Positions 1 through 9,033 of a stretch of DNA of 64,000 nucleotides are shown piece by piece. Both the position numbers and the translations under genes were made by a program. The DNA lies in NCBI GenBank assembly GCA_052055015.1, contig JBQJIT010000012.1; one strand, 5' to 3'. Every line of letters starts with the position of its first letter. The first letter of the stretch is position 1. Below the pieces are notes generated by a model. The model was not told the DNA's origin. It did no database searches and worked only from the letters and a program-made list of their open reading frames with translations. The stretch is from Malassezia furfur (Eukaryota).

Positions 1-62
1 CCCCCCTTTGGCATGACCCATGCACGGCCTGCCATAGTAGCCCAACGTTGCGTCTATGCACG

Positions 63-1455
63 CTACGGCTTCATCCGCGCAGGCACCCAGCGGCGGATGC
101 CCACCTCTTTCACACGGAAGAGACCCCGCTGCAATGCGACAACCAGGTCGCTCGGACGAGCAAGGTCTAGCCCGGCGCAGTCGACGCGCGACGGTACGAG
201 CACATGTGCGAGGATCAGGGTCTGTTGTCAGTCATACCACCTACTTTTTGCACTTGGCTGTTGACGCGGTTCACCATGCTAAACCACACCCAGCTCTTGT
301 CGCCCTGGTTGTGGTGCACACCAAACGGAGAGTGCAGCGCATCGGCCTCGTCCACGTACTCGGGCACGACCAACACCGCAAACTCCGCATGGCTAAACAC
401 CGGCCCGCGCTTGTACAATAGGTAGTCCACACAGAATTTTGACCCGTTCTTCACCACCCAGCCGAGGCTGCGGAAATGGTGGTAAACAATGTACGACAGC
501 ACAAACGGGTTGTCTGGCCTCGACCACACCTCCTTAGGCGGCGACTGCGCCGACACACTCGGAGGCAGCCGCGAAGTCAGGCAACACTGGTACAAGGCTT
601 CCACAGACATTCGCTAGATCGTCAGCATCGCGGCCCACTTACCCGGTCTTCGCCGTCGTACACGTCAAGGCACCCCAGCATCCCTGCTAGAAAAAATGCC
701 TCAACAAGTGTCAGTTGGAAGTGTTCCACGCCTTCAATTTCCAATGGATCATCCACAAGATCCGAGGCAGCGACACGCGCCATCGACTCTGTGTCTTTCT
801 GCGCCAGGTCCGCCGAAAAGTGCTTCAAGCCTTTTACCCGCGCCACGCCGGCTTGAACTTCGGGTAAATCTTCGTCGCCGCGCCAAAGCTGGGTATGCGC
901 AGCGCCGGGCTCGTTCAAGTCTCGTGCAGCATCGTCGTCCGGTGTACCGCCCAAGGCGGTAATCCCGTCGGGGAGCTGGATGCCTGCCTTGACGGCGGCA
1001 CGCGCACGCTCGATCTTGAGCAGCTTGCGCTCCTCGCGACGCTTCTGCGTCATTTGTTCCGCAGTCATCTCACCACGCTCGCGCGCTGTATACTCGGCTT
1101 CTTTGCGTGCTTTCCAGGTGGGTTCGGACCGGCTCAGGTTGCCTTTACCAAAGAACCCATGCGTCCAGAGCTCAAGAGCATCTCCGGTATCATACATCCA
1201 CACAGACTTGGTCACATCATCGTACCATGCTTTGTAGATAGGGGCATCCTGGGTCCGGTCGTAAAACCACTTCGTGCATGCATTGAACCAGTCCCACCAG
1301 GACTGCGCCCCTGGGGCAGGCCTGAAAGCAGGTGAGTGACCAATGGGCAGCGGATTTGCATACAGCTGCCGCTTGGCCTGTGTCGCTTTCTTCCCCGCAC
1401 CTTTGACGTTGGGCAGCGGCGTCGCCTCGGGCATGGCAGGCGCGCTCCCACTCAT
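63..1455 (-). CDS. SEN2: tRNA-splicing endonuclease subunit Sen2 (3 exons)
   Basis: Motifs GFFGKGNLSRSEPTW, EHFQLTLVEAFFL, YHHFRSLGWVVK.G.KF.VDYLLYKRGPVFSHAEF. Introns 614-642 (29 nt) and 222-244 (23 nt) restore the frame to C-terminal RRWVPARMKP*. Confidence 0.92.
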
Positions 1456-1712
1456 GGGCCACGAAGTAAATGTGGAGGCGGACAGATGGACGCGGCAGCG
1501 CAGGACGCTTCGGCGCTTGCTCCACACGCATGCCACCAAGGGCAGAAGGCAGCGCTCGAAGTATAGATAAAAAATGCACAGGTTGTACTCATTTATGGGA
1601 CAGAGAACTAGAAACAGGGGGGACAACAAGGGGATTAGGGAAGAAACACACGGGTCAGGGTATGTGGGTCATGAATCATCGCAAGTCGGACACAAGAACA
1701 TGGGGTAAGCAT

Positions 1713-3530
1713 TTACTCCTCGTCACAGTCATCATCGTCGTTCCCCGTTGCCTTGGCATGCTTGCTCGAAGAGTGGTGCTTCGTAGCATGGTGCTTCGAA
1801 GAGTGGTGCTTCGACGAGTGATGCTTCGACGCGTGGTGCGACGAGTGGTGGTGGTGCGTCGAGGAGTGGTGCTTGTCCTTGTCCTCGTCACACGGCGTGC
1901 TGGTGTGCTTGGCCGACGAGCTCAACGTAGACACCACATGGACCAACTTCTTGGTCGAAGTACGGGCCTCATCATTGTTAGTACTGATGTTAGCATTGCG
2001 CGCAGAGGAAGTCGGAGACGAAGAAGCAGACGACGACGATCCCGAGGTAGAGCTCGTGTTAGAAGATGATGTGGGGATGCAGTGCTTTTTCACCGCCTCA
2101 CTAACCTTGCTAGCGCTCGGGAAGTTCTGAAGAAGGGGCGGCAGCAGACTGTCGTCCGTGTCGTCGCACGTGTCAACATCGTCACCGGAACCAGAGCTGG
2201 AGCTGGAGTTCGAACCAGAGTTCGAGCTCGAGTTCGAGCTCGAGCCCGAGTTCGAGCCCGAGTCGGAGCCAGAGCCCGAGTTCGAGTTCGAGTTCGAGCT
2301 AGAGTTCGAGCCCGAGTTCGAGCTCGAGTTCGAGCCAGAGCCCGAGTCAGAGTCAGAGCTAGAGTTAGAACCAGAACCAGAGTTCGAGCTAGAGTTCGAG
2401 CCCGAGTTAGAACCCGACCCAGAGCTGGAGCCAGAGTTGGAGTTGGAGTTCGAGTCCGAGTCAGACTTGGAGTTCGACCCCGAACCCGACTTCGACCCCG
2501 AGCCTGAGTGCGAGTTGGATCCCGAGTGCGAGTTAGAGCCAGACTTCGAGCCAGACTTAGACCCCGAGCCCGAGTTCGAGCTCGAGTTCGAGCTCGAGTT
2601 CGAGCCCGAGTTCGAGCCCGAGTTCGAGCTAGAACCAGAGTCCAGACCAGGGAACGAGTCAGAGGACGAGTTGCTACCCGAACCGCTGTCCGAGTCGCTG
2701 CTCGAGTTGCTACCCGAACCGCTGTTCGAGTTGCTGTTCGAGTTGCTGTCGGAGCCGCTGTTCGAGTTGCTGTTCGAGTTGCTGCTCGAGCCGCTGCCCG
2801 AGCCGCTGTCCGAGTCGCTGCTCGAGTTGCTACCCGACCCGCTGCTCGAGTTGCTGTTCGAGCCGCTGCCCGAGCCGCTGTCCGAGTCACTGCTCGAGTT
2901 GCTACCCGAGCCGCTGTTCGAGTTGCTGTTCGAGTTGCTGTCCGAGTCGCTGCCCGAGTTGCTCGTCGAGTCACCGGTCGAGCTAGGCACCGAAAGAATG
3001 CTCGACACGCCCGGGTCCGAGCCCGAACCGCTGTCCGAATCCGTACCAGTCAAGCCACTGCCAGATCCACCGGCCACAGCCGTGGGCATCGCAGCAACGC
3101 TACCGCCCTCACCCTCCAGGGTAATGGTCTGCGCCAGCGTCGCCGTGCGAGTCCAGGACGGGTTCGACGTCGTGGTGGGCGTGTAGGTCGTGATATAAGT
3201 ACGGGTGCGGGTGCGGGTGCGGTACTTGGTCTTCGTCTCGCTCTTCGTGCTGCCCTGCTCGTCCGTCTTGGGGATAAGCACAGTGTAGGGCTCCCAGGTC
3301 GGCTCCTCGTGCACCTTACGGCGCTGAGCACGGAGCTTGCCAGCCGTCACGCCCATGTCGCGACGGGCAAAGTCAGGAAGGGCATCGTGCGCCGCAACAT
3401 CGCCAGCGTTGCCGCGGGCAACGAGACCTGCCTGACCATTCTCCATGACGACAGGGGCAGCGTAGGCCTGGCTCGCCAGGAGCATGGCCACGCAAACAAC
3501 ATTAAGCATACGCGTAACGGAGAAAGCCAT
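1713..3530 (-). CDS. Secreted Ser/Asn/Gly-rich low-complexity protein with His-rich C-terminus
   Basis: 605-aa ORF with signal-peptide-like N-terminus ([26 protein letters not shown]), Thr-rich stretch, ~300 aa of S/N/G/D repeats and SKHH repeats. Confidence 0.75.
   Translation of the reverse strand: MAFSVTRMLNVVCVAMLLASQAYAAPVVMENGQAGLVARGNAGDVAAHDALPDFARRDMGVTAGKLRAQRRKVHEEPTWEPYTVLIPKTDEQGSTKSETKTKYRTRTRTRTYITTYTPTTTSNPSWTRTATLAQTITLEGEGGSVAAMPTAVAGGSGSGLTGTDSDSGSGSDPGVSSILSVPSSTGDSTSNSGSDSDSNSNSNSNSGSGSNSSSDSDSGSGSGSNSNSSSGSGSNSSSDSDSGSGSGSSSNSNSNSNSGSDSNSNSNSNSGSGSNSSSDSDSGSGSNSSSDSFPGLDSGSSSNSGSNSGSNSSSNSSSNSGSGSKSGSKSGSNSHSGSNSHSGSGSKSGSGSNSKSDSDSNSNSNSGSSSGSGSNSGSNSSSNSGSGSNSSSDSDSGSGSNSSSNSGSNSSSNSNSNSGSGSDSGSNSGSSSNSSSNSGSNSSSSSGSGDDVDTCDDTDDSLLPPLLQNFPSASKVSEAVKKHCIPTSSSNTSSTSGSSSSASSSPTSSARNANISTNNDEARTSTKKLVHVVSTLSSSAKHTSTPCDEDKDKHHSSTHHHHSSHHASKHHSSKHHSSKHHATKHHSSSKHAKATGNDDDDCDEE
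2190..3080 (-). repeat. Coding tandem repeats (SGSNS/SNSNS/SDSDSG)
   Basis: Visible 6- and 12-nt periodicity (ttcgag/ctcgag; gctgttcgagtt) inside the secreted protein ORF. Confidence 0.9.
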
Positions 3531-3963
3531 TGTGATAGATGAGGTGTGTGTAGGGTCGTGTCCAAAGAAACCAGTTCTCCAAGATTGAAACAGAGTACAA
3601 CAGTGCAGAGCAATTCACCAGGAACGCTCGAAAGAAACAAGAAGCTTGGGCTGCCGGAGCCCTTGCAAGAAACAGAGGACGGTTGGGACGGGGTGGGTGG
3701 ATGTGGGGCAACTGACGCAAGTGTGCCTTTAAACATTTGCATGCCCGTAGGCGGCACTGAACATGTCCAACATCCAAGCTGTGCACACAAGATGCTATCC
3801 GGCCACGCAGACAATCGTATTACGCAATTGGTCTAACCATGTTGAATGATGTCTACCGAGTGCGACACGTTGAAACATCTACGGCTTGGCGGACGACTCG
3901 TGGAGCTCCACATGCACTGTGGAATTTGGTCGCGCGGATCCTCACGTTTTCCACGTGCTGGGA

Positions 3964-4491
3964 ATGAGCGATCCAGAACTCGAGGCGATTCGCCGCGCAC
4001 GTATGGCGGAGCTGCGCGCCGCTAGTGGTGGTACGTGCGCAGTAGAACTGGGGACTTATCGACAGGTAGCAGTGGCCCCCGCGTGCCTGGCGGCGTGCCA
4101 GGCGCCGGCGGGATGGGCGGCCAGGCTGGCGCCGATGCGGATCGCGAAGAACAGATGGCGCAGCAGGAGGAGATGAAACGCCAGATGCTCTCGCAAATTT
4201 TGGACAGTGATGCACGCGAACGCTGTACGTTTACAGGAAGACTTATGCAGTGTCGCGCATCGCTCTCGTCAAGCCACAAAAGTCAAAAGCCGTTACAGAC
4301 ATCCTCATCCAGATGGCACGTAGCGGCCAAGTTCGTCAGCGCGTGAGCGAAGCACAGCTCATTTCGCTCTTGGACCAGATCGACCAGGCGCAGCCGCACG
4401 ACACAGGAAAAATCACGGTATGTTGCGCCTGCTTACACAGGTCACGCGCAAAAAGAAGGTGGAAAGCGACGACGAGGACTGGGATATCTAA
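3964..4491 (+). CDS. PDCD5/TFAR19-family protein (4 exons)
   Basis: MSDPELEAIRRARMAEL...MLSQILDSDARERLSRIALVKP..A..V...LIQMARSGQ. Introns 4031-4065, 4225-4250, 4418-4440. Confidence 0.9.
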
Positions 4492-4665
4492 GTAGTCTAC
4501 ACCAAGCGTTTGGCTGAGTTCCGCTGCATCATGCTGTGCCCGCCATCGCACTCGCGTGCGCCCAACGACCCAGACGCGGTCCACGTGGCACCCACGTGCA
4601 CGAAATCTTCGGGGGTACGTCGCCGCGCTCCGTTGCGAATTAATCTTTCAGTGTTTGCAGGCGAG

Positions 4666-5471
4666 ATGCCGCGACTGTTTCTACGCCTCCCGAAGGCGTC
4701 GTTGCAGGCATACATCACCTCGTTCCTTGGTTTTATGGACATCAAAGTTGGCAGTCAAATTTTGACCCTATTCTCTCTTTTCAACAAGATTGCCGGTATC
4801 TATGGGATCATTGCCATTTTCCAGGGCGGCACCATCGCGCAGCTCTCGCTATACATCTACTCTATCGCGACCATTCCTATCTTCATTTGGGGCCTGAAAT
4901 CCATCAGCGACGTACGTACCGTTTTCTCACCGTGCAGGAGCAGGCAGGCTCCGTGCTCCGCTATGCGCACATTTTCATCTTGGACCAAATGATCTCGACG
5001 GGCTGGACCTTTTTGTTCGCGTTGTGGTGGTTCGTGTATGCCACGCACGATGGCAAGCCCATCACAAACTCGAGCCACCAAGCAGGACTGATGAAACTCA
5101 TCGAAGATCTCGAGTCCGAGTACCGCACGCCCGAGGAGATGGCCAAGTACCGTCACAAGGAATATGACTTCAACACGCCCGAGGGTCAGAAGGAGGCCGC
5201 GCGCCGTGCTCAAGCTGCAAATGCGACGTGGATGGAGGAACGCGACTTTGCCATGGCTGTGCTCATCGGTGGCTGGCTGATCAAGCTGTACTTTGCGATG
5301 GTGCTGTATGCATACGCGTTGCATCTGCGCCATGGCACTTACTGGATGTTGCCGCTGTCCAAGTCGCGTACAGCGAATGAGGCCCATGCGACATACCAGT
5401 CGGTTCCTGCAGAAGAAGACGAGGTGAATCTATCGGGGGACGAGGAGAACAAAGCCCCCGAGCATGTATAG
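4666..5471 (+). CDS. KEI1: Inositolphosphorylceramide synthase regulatory subunit Kei1 (DUF1753)
   Basis: SFLGFMDIKVG...FNKIAGIYGIIAIF, several hydrophobic segments, KLYFAMVLYAYA. Intron 4912-4937 (26 nt). Confidence 0.85.
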
Positions 5472-5477
5472 TCTGTC

Positions 5478-5743
5478 GCGGTTTTCACTATACCCAATCC
5501 TATCAGCATGATGCAATGTATCCCTGTTTGTCACACAATACCCCAAGAGTCTCTGGGGACTGGTTTGGCTGATGGGTCTGGTCGCTTTCGGACGGCTCCT
5601 TCGCGGACAACGCGTGGGTCGTTGGCCTGCCCGCCTAGTCTGCCGTCCGTGGGTACTGATTAGTATACGTACAAGTAAATGCGTTTGTATTGCTCGCTCC
5701 TTGCTATTCCCATGTAGGGGGCGTTTCAATGGGCGCGACAGGT
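5478..5743 (+). ncRNA. Box H/ACA snoRNA, candidate guide for the 18S sites equivalent to human Psi109 and Psi572 (SNORA42/SNORA80-like)
   Basis: Hairpin-hinge-hairpin-ACA(5738-5740)-NNN. Pocket 1 (ACUAU 5487-91 / CUGAUU 5656-61) fits 18S AAUCAG-U-U-AUAGU. Pocket 2 (UGCU 5691-94 / UUUCAAU 5724-30) fits AUUGGAA-U-G-AGUA, 14 nt from ACA. rRNA sequences recalled from conserved fungal 18S. Confidence 0.75.
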
Positions 5744-5904
5744 ACAGCCCGCCGCACCTAAATCCATAGCACCCCGTTGCTCTTGCCGCTCGCTTCAATC
5801 ACCAGGCCACCTGTGCAGGCCAGACAATCAAATAGGAGGGCGTTTTTTTTTCGGCTGACTCTGACACATTCACACGCACGTCACATCGTCACAATCGTTG
5901 CTCG

Positions 5905-8900
5905 CTAGGCAGAGTGACTGATCAACGCATCCTTGAGAGACTCGGCCGCCTCGTTCGTCTTGACCTTGCAGCGCAGACTGCTCGGTTTGGCATCGATCAT
6001 GCCCACGAACGACACGACGCTCTTCTCACAGGTGACTTTCATCCCGGTATACAGCAAGAAGTTGAGCACCACATTCCCGTTCACCGCGTTGCGAGCCAGC
6101 ACTCGGCACTTGCCAGTCTCCTGGTTCTTCTTGATCCGGAACACGGTCACGCCCAGGTCTTGCCATTTGCCGTCCTCCAGCTTCCAAATCTTAGCGCGCA
6201 CCTCATGTTCGGTGTCTTCACCTTCTTCGCCCTGTCCCGTAGAGGTAAGGGTGTTTTCGCTCTTGTCAGCAACCGCGTCGGCAGATTCAGCGGGTGCCGA
6301 TGAGGTGTCTTGCGCTGCACCCGTGCTGGGAGGCGCAGCGGCCGGTGCAGGGGCCGCAGTGCCGCCGAACGAAAACCCCGATGCGCCGCTAGAAGGCTTG
6401 CTGAACGAAAAGCCTGACGACGCTGGTGCCGCGTCCGAAGTCGGCTTGCCGAACGAGAAGCCTGATGAGGCTTCCGAGGACGGCTTGCCGAACGAGAAGC
6501 CCGGGGTCGACGCAGGCTTCTCTGCGGGCTTGCCAAACGAGAAGCTCGGGGCAGACGCGGCCGGCTTATCCTCCGCAGACTTGCCGAAGGAGAAACTCGG
6601 CGCCGAAGCCACTGGCTTGTCTTCGGCAGGTTTGCCAAACGAGAAGCTCGGCGCAGACGTCGCCGGCTTGTCCTCGGCAGGCTTTCCGAAAGAGAAGCTC
6701 GGCGCAGACGTCGCCGGCTTGTCCCCAGCCGGTTTCCCGAAAGAGAAACTCGGCGCAGGAGTTGATTTGTCTTCGGTGGGCTTGTTTTCTGCCGGCTTGC
6801 CGAACGAGAACCCTGGCGCAGGCGCCACTGGTTTCTCGGCTGGCTTGCCAAACGAGAAGCTAGGAGCAGGCGCCGCCGGCTTGTCTTCCGCGGGCGTACT
6901 GAGCGAGAAGCCCGTTGGCGCCGGCTTGTCCTCCTTGGGCTTGCCAAACGAGAAGCTCGGCGCTGAGGCCAGCTTGTCCTCCGCGGCCTTGCTGAAGGAG
7001 TTCGGAGCGGGCGCCGCTGACTCGGTCGCGGCAGGCTTACCAAACGAAAAGCCCGTTGTGGTAGGCGGCTTGGTCACATCGCTGGGCTGGCCCAGCGTGG
7101 CTATCGGCTTTGCCGAGCTGGAACCCTTGTCGGGTGAACCGACGTCCACGGCCCGCGCCGGAGTAACTTGGAAGGCAAACGTCGGAAGCCGTTCGTAGGG
7201 AACAGCCGCTGCTTGGGACGCTGCGTCCGACGAGCGGTCCTGCGTGCGCTTGGCGGGTGGTCTAAGGATCGCCCAGTCGGGGACGTCTCGGAACTTTTCC
7301 GGGAGCGCCGCAGGAGCAGCCGACGCGGGCGAGGGTGCAGCAGCTGGCGCCGCGGCGGGCGGCGCCGTGGCCTTGGGTGGCGCGGGCGCAGCCGGTGTTA
7401 CACTCGCCCCGAACGAGAACGATTTGGCAGCCGGCGCTGCTGGGGCCGTCGGCGCCGCTGGGGCCGTTGGCGCTGCTGGGGCCGTTGGTGCCGGCTCGGC
7501 CTCGTCCTTGCGTGGCGTCGGCAGCGGCGGCACACTGGTCTCCGGACGGGCGTCGGTTTTGACCGCATCTGTGTCGGACACATGGCTCTGCGCCGCCTCC
7601 TTTTCCGCAGTGATGGCAAGCGGCGAGGGCTTCTTGGGCCTGTGCTGCCACGCGGCCTTGGGCGCCTCGAGCAGCTCCGACTCGCCCGCCGCGCCGCGCG
7701 GCTCTTCGTCCTCCGCGGCGTGCAGACGCCGCGAGCGCCGCGGCGAGGGCGCTACCGACGCAGGTGCTGTACGCTCGACCATATCGAGGAGCGACACTTT
7801 CGGTGGTGCATCGGTATCCTGGGCTTTGCTCGCCGACGCATTCGTCGACGCGCGCTGCCGAGCCGCCTCCAACGCGCGTGCACGCGTCGACTTGGGCGTC
7901 TGGGTCCGTGTGGGTGACGGCGCGGGCGACGGTGATGCGCGCGAGCGCGTCTGGTACGGATTGACCACCTCGGGCACCGGCGGTGTATAGTTCCGCGGCG
8001 CGGTCGTCTCCAGCACCGAGCGCATCGTCGAGGCGGCGCGCGTCGTGCGCGGTGACGGTGCCTCAGCGGCAGGTTCAACGGCGAGCGGCGGCTCGCCGAT
8101 CGCGGCACGGATCGTGCGCAGAGCATCATCAGCACGCTCAACGGTCTCGGGCGCGGCGCGCTTACGTGTCGGTGCGTTTGCGGGCGACGCTGTGAGTGGC
8201 ACAGAGGGTGCAGCATACTGCACCCGGAACGCTGCGCTCGGCGACGCCTCCGTCTTGCGCCGCTTGGGGTCGTCGGTGGGCGGCAGGGCGTTCATGGACC
8301 GCGATGCGCTGAGATTGGAGCGCATGGGCGAGTAGTGGCTTGGATGGGGCGAAGCACCGCCGCCAAAGTAGATCGGACGGTGCCGGCGCCCGGTGCTGGG
8401 TGCAAAGGGCGAGACAGAGGCCATGCTCGACGAGCGCGGCGGGGCACGCCGTGTGGGCGTCTCGAGCGAGCCCGGATGGAAGGGCGACGCAGGCTGGGCC
8501 GGACGCTGGGCAAGGGGCGACGGATTCGACGCAATGGACGAGTCCGCCTGGTATACGCTGCGGGGCAACGCCCATTGTGTCCCGTAGGTGTCGCGCGGCG
8601 GAGCGTCGAGCGCCGCAAAGTCGCCCGCCGGCGACGCTGCGGCGAGCTGCGCGCGCTCGTCGCGGCGCACCGGCACGTCGCCACCGACAGGACGCAGCGC
8701 CGAGGTGCTCTCGGTGCGCGGGATGTGCGCAGCCGGTGGGGTGGGCAGCGCACGGAAGCTCGTGGTGCTCGGCAGCCGAGACGGTGTGTGGGCGGCGCCC
8801 AGCTCGTCGTCGGCACTCGGCAGGTGCGCGGCGCCGGCCTCGCCGCGCTCCGCATCTTGTGCATGCGGTTGGCGGAACGGCGAGATCCAGCTGAACAGCC

Positions 8901-8961
8901 CGCCGAGCCTCGACGAGGAGCGGCGCATCCCCCCCCCGTCCTCGTCCGGACGTTCTTGCAT
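5905..8961 (-). CDS. FxFG-repeat nucleoporin with C-terminal Ran-binding domain (Nup2/Nup61-like)
   Basis: About 13 FSFG motifs and a RanBD (GEEGEDTEHEVRAKIWKL..WQDLGV). Start taken at MQERPDE (8961); the ORF-track extension is antisense to GCD6. Confidence 0.85.
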   Translation of the reverse strand: MQERPDEDGGGMRRSSSRLGGLFSWISPFRQPHAQDAERGEAGAAHLPSADDELGAAHTPSRLPSTTSFRALPTPPAAHIPRTESTSALRPVGGDVPVRRDERAQLAAASPAGDFAALDAPPRDTYGTQWALPRSVYQADSSIASNPSPLAQRPAQPASPFHPGSLETPTRRAPPRSSSMASVSPFAPSTGRRHRPIYFGGGASPHPSHYSPMRSNLSASRSMNALPPTDDPKRRKTEASPSAAFRVQYAAPSVPLTASPANAPTRKRAAPETVERADDALRTIRAAIGEPPLAVEPAAEAPSPRTTRAASTMRSVLETTAPRNYTPPVPEVVNPYQTRSRASPSPAPSPTRTQTPKSTRARALEAARQRASTNASASKAQDTDAPPKVSLLDMVERTAPASVAPSPRRSRRLHAAEDEEPRGAAGESELLEAPKAAWQHRPKKPSPLAITAEKEAAQSHVSDTDAVKTDARPETSVPPLPTPRKDEAEPAPTAPAAPTAPAAPTAPAAPAAKSFSFGASVTPAAPAPPKATAPPAAAPAAAPSPASAAPAALPEKFRDVPDWAILRPPAKRTQDRSSDAASQAAAVPYERLPTFAFQVTPARAVDVGSPDKGSSSAKPIATLGQPSDVTKPPTTTGFSFGKPAATESAAPAPNSFSKAAEDKLASAPSFSFGKPKEDKPAPTGFSLSTPAEDKPAAPAPSFSFGKPAEKPVAPAPGFSFGKPAENKPTEDKSTPAPSFSFGKPAGDKPATSAPSFSFGKPAEDKPATSAPSFSFGKPAEDKPVASAPSFSFGKSAEDKPAASAPSFSFGKPAEKPASTPGFSFGKPSSEASSGFSFGKPTSDAAPASSGFSFSKPSSGASGFSFGGTAAPAPAAAPPSTGAAQDTSSAPAESADAVADKSENTLTSTGQGEEGEDTEHEVRAKIWKLEDGKWQDLGVTVFRIKKNQETGKCRVLARNAVNGNVVLNFLLYTGMKVTCEKSVVSFVGMIDAKPSSLRCKVKTNEAAESLKDALISHSA
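6365..7055 (-). repeat. FSFG nucleoporin repeats (~17-aa unit PAEDKPxxSAPSFSFGK)
   Basis: Repeated aacgagaagctcggcgcagacg..gccggcttgtcctc units on the + strand. Confidence 0.9.
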
Positions 8962-9033
8962 CGGGGGAAAAGCCACGGGCAGGCGCGCGGCCACAGCTGA
9001 GTCAGCAGCGGCGGGGGCCGTTTCGAGTCCGCC

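Noticed and set aside
2082..3542. E/F/P/L- and R/V/A-repeat ORFs, or a CRISPR-like/satellite array
   Set aside because: Alternative frames of the Ser/Asn/Gly coding repeat; no repeat-spacer structure, and the context is eukaryotic.
5508..5571. Box C/D snoRNA (ATGATG...CTGA)
   Set aside because: The C box is imperfect and the CTGA is paired within a stem; the region is better explained as an insertion in the H/ACA 5' hairpin.
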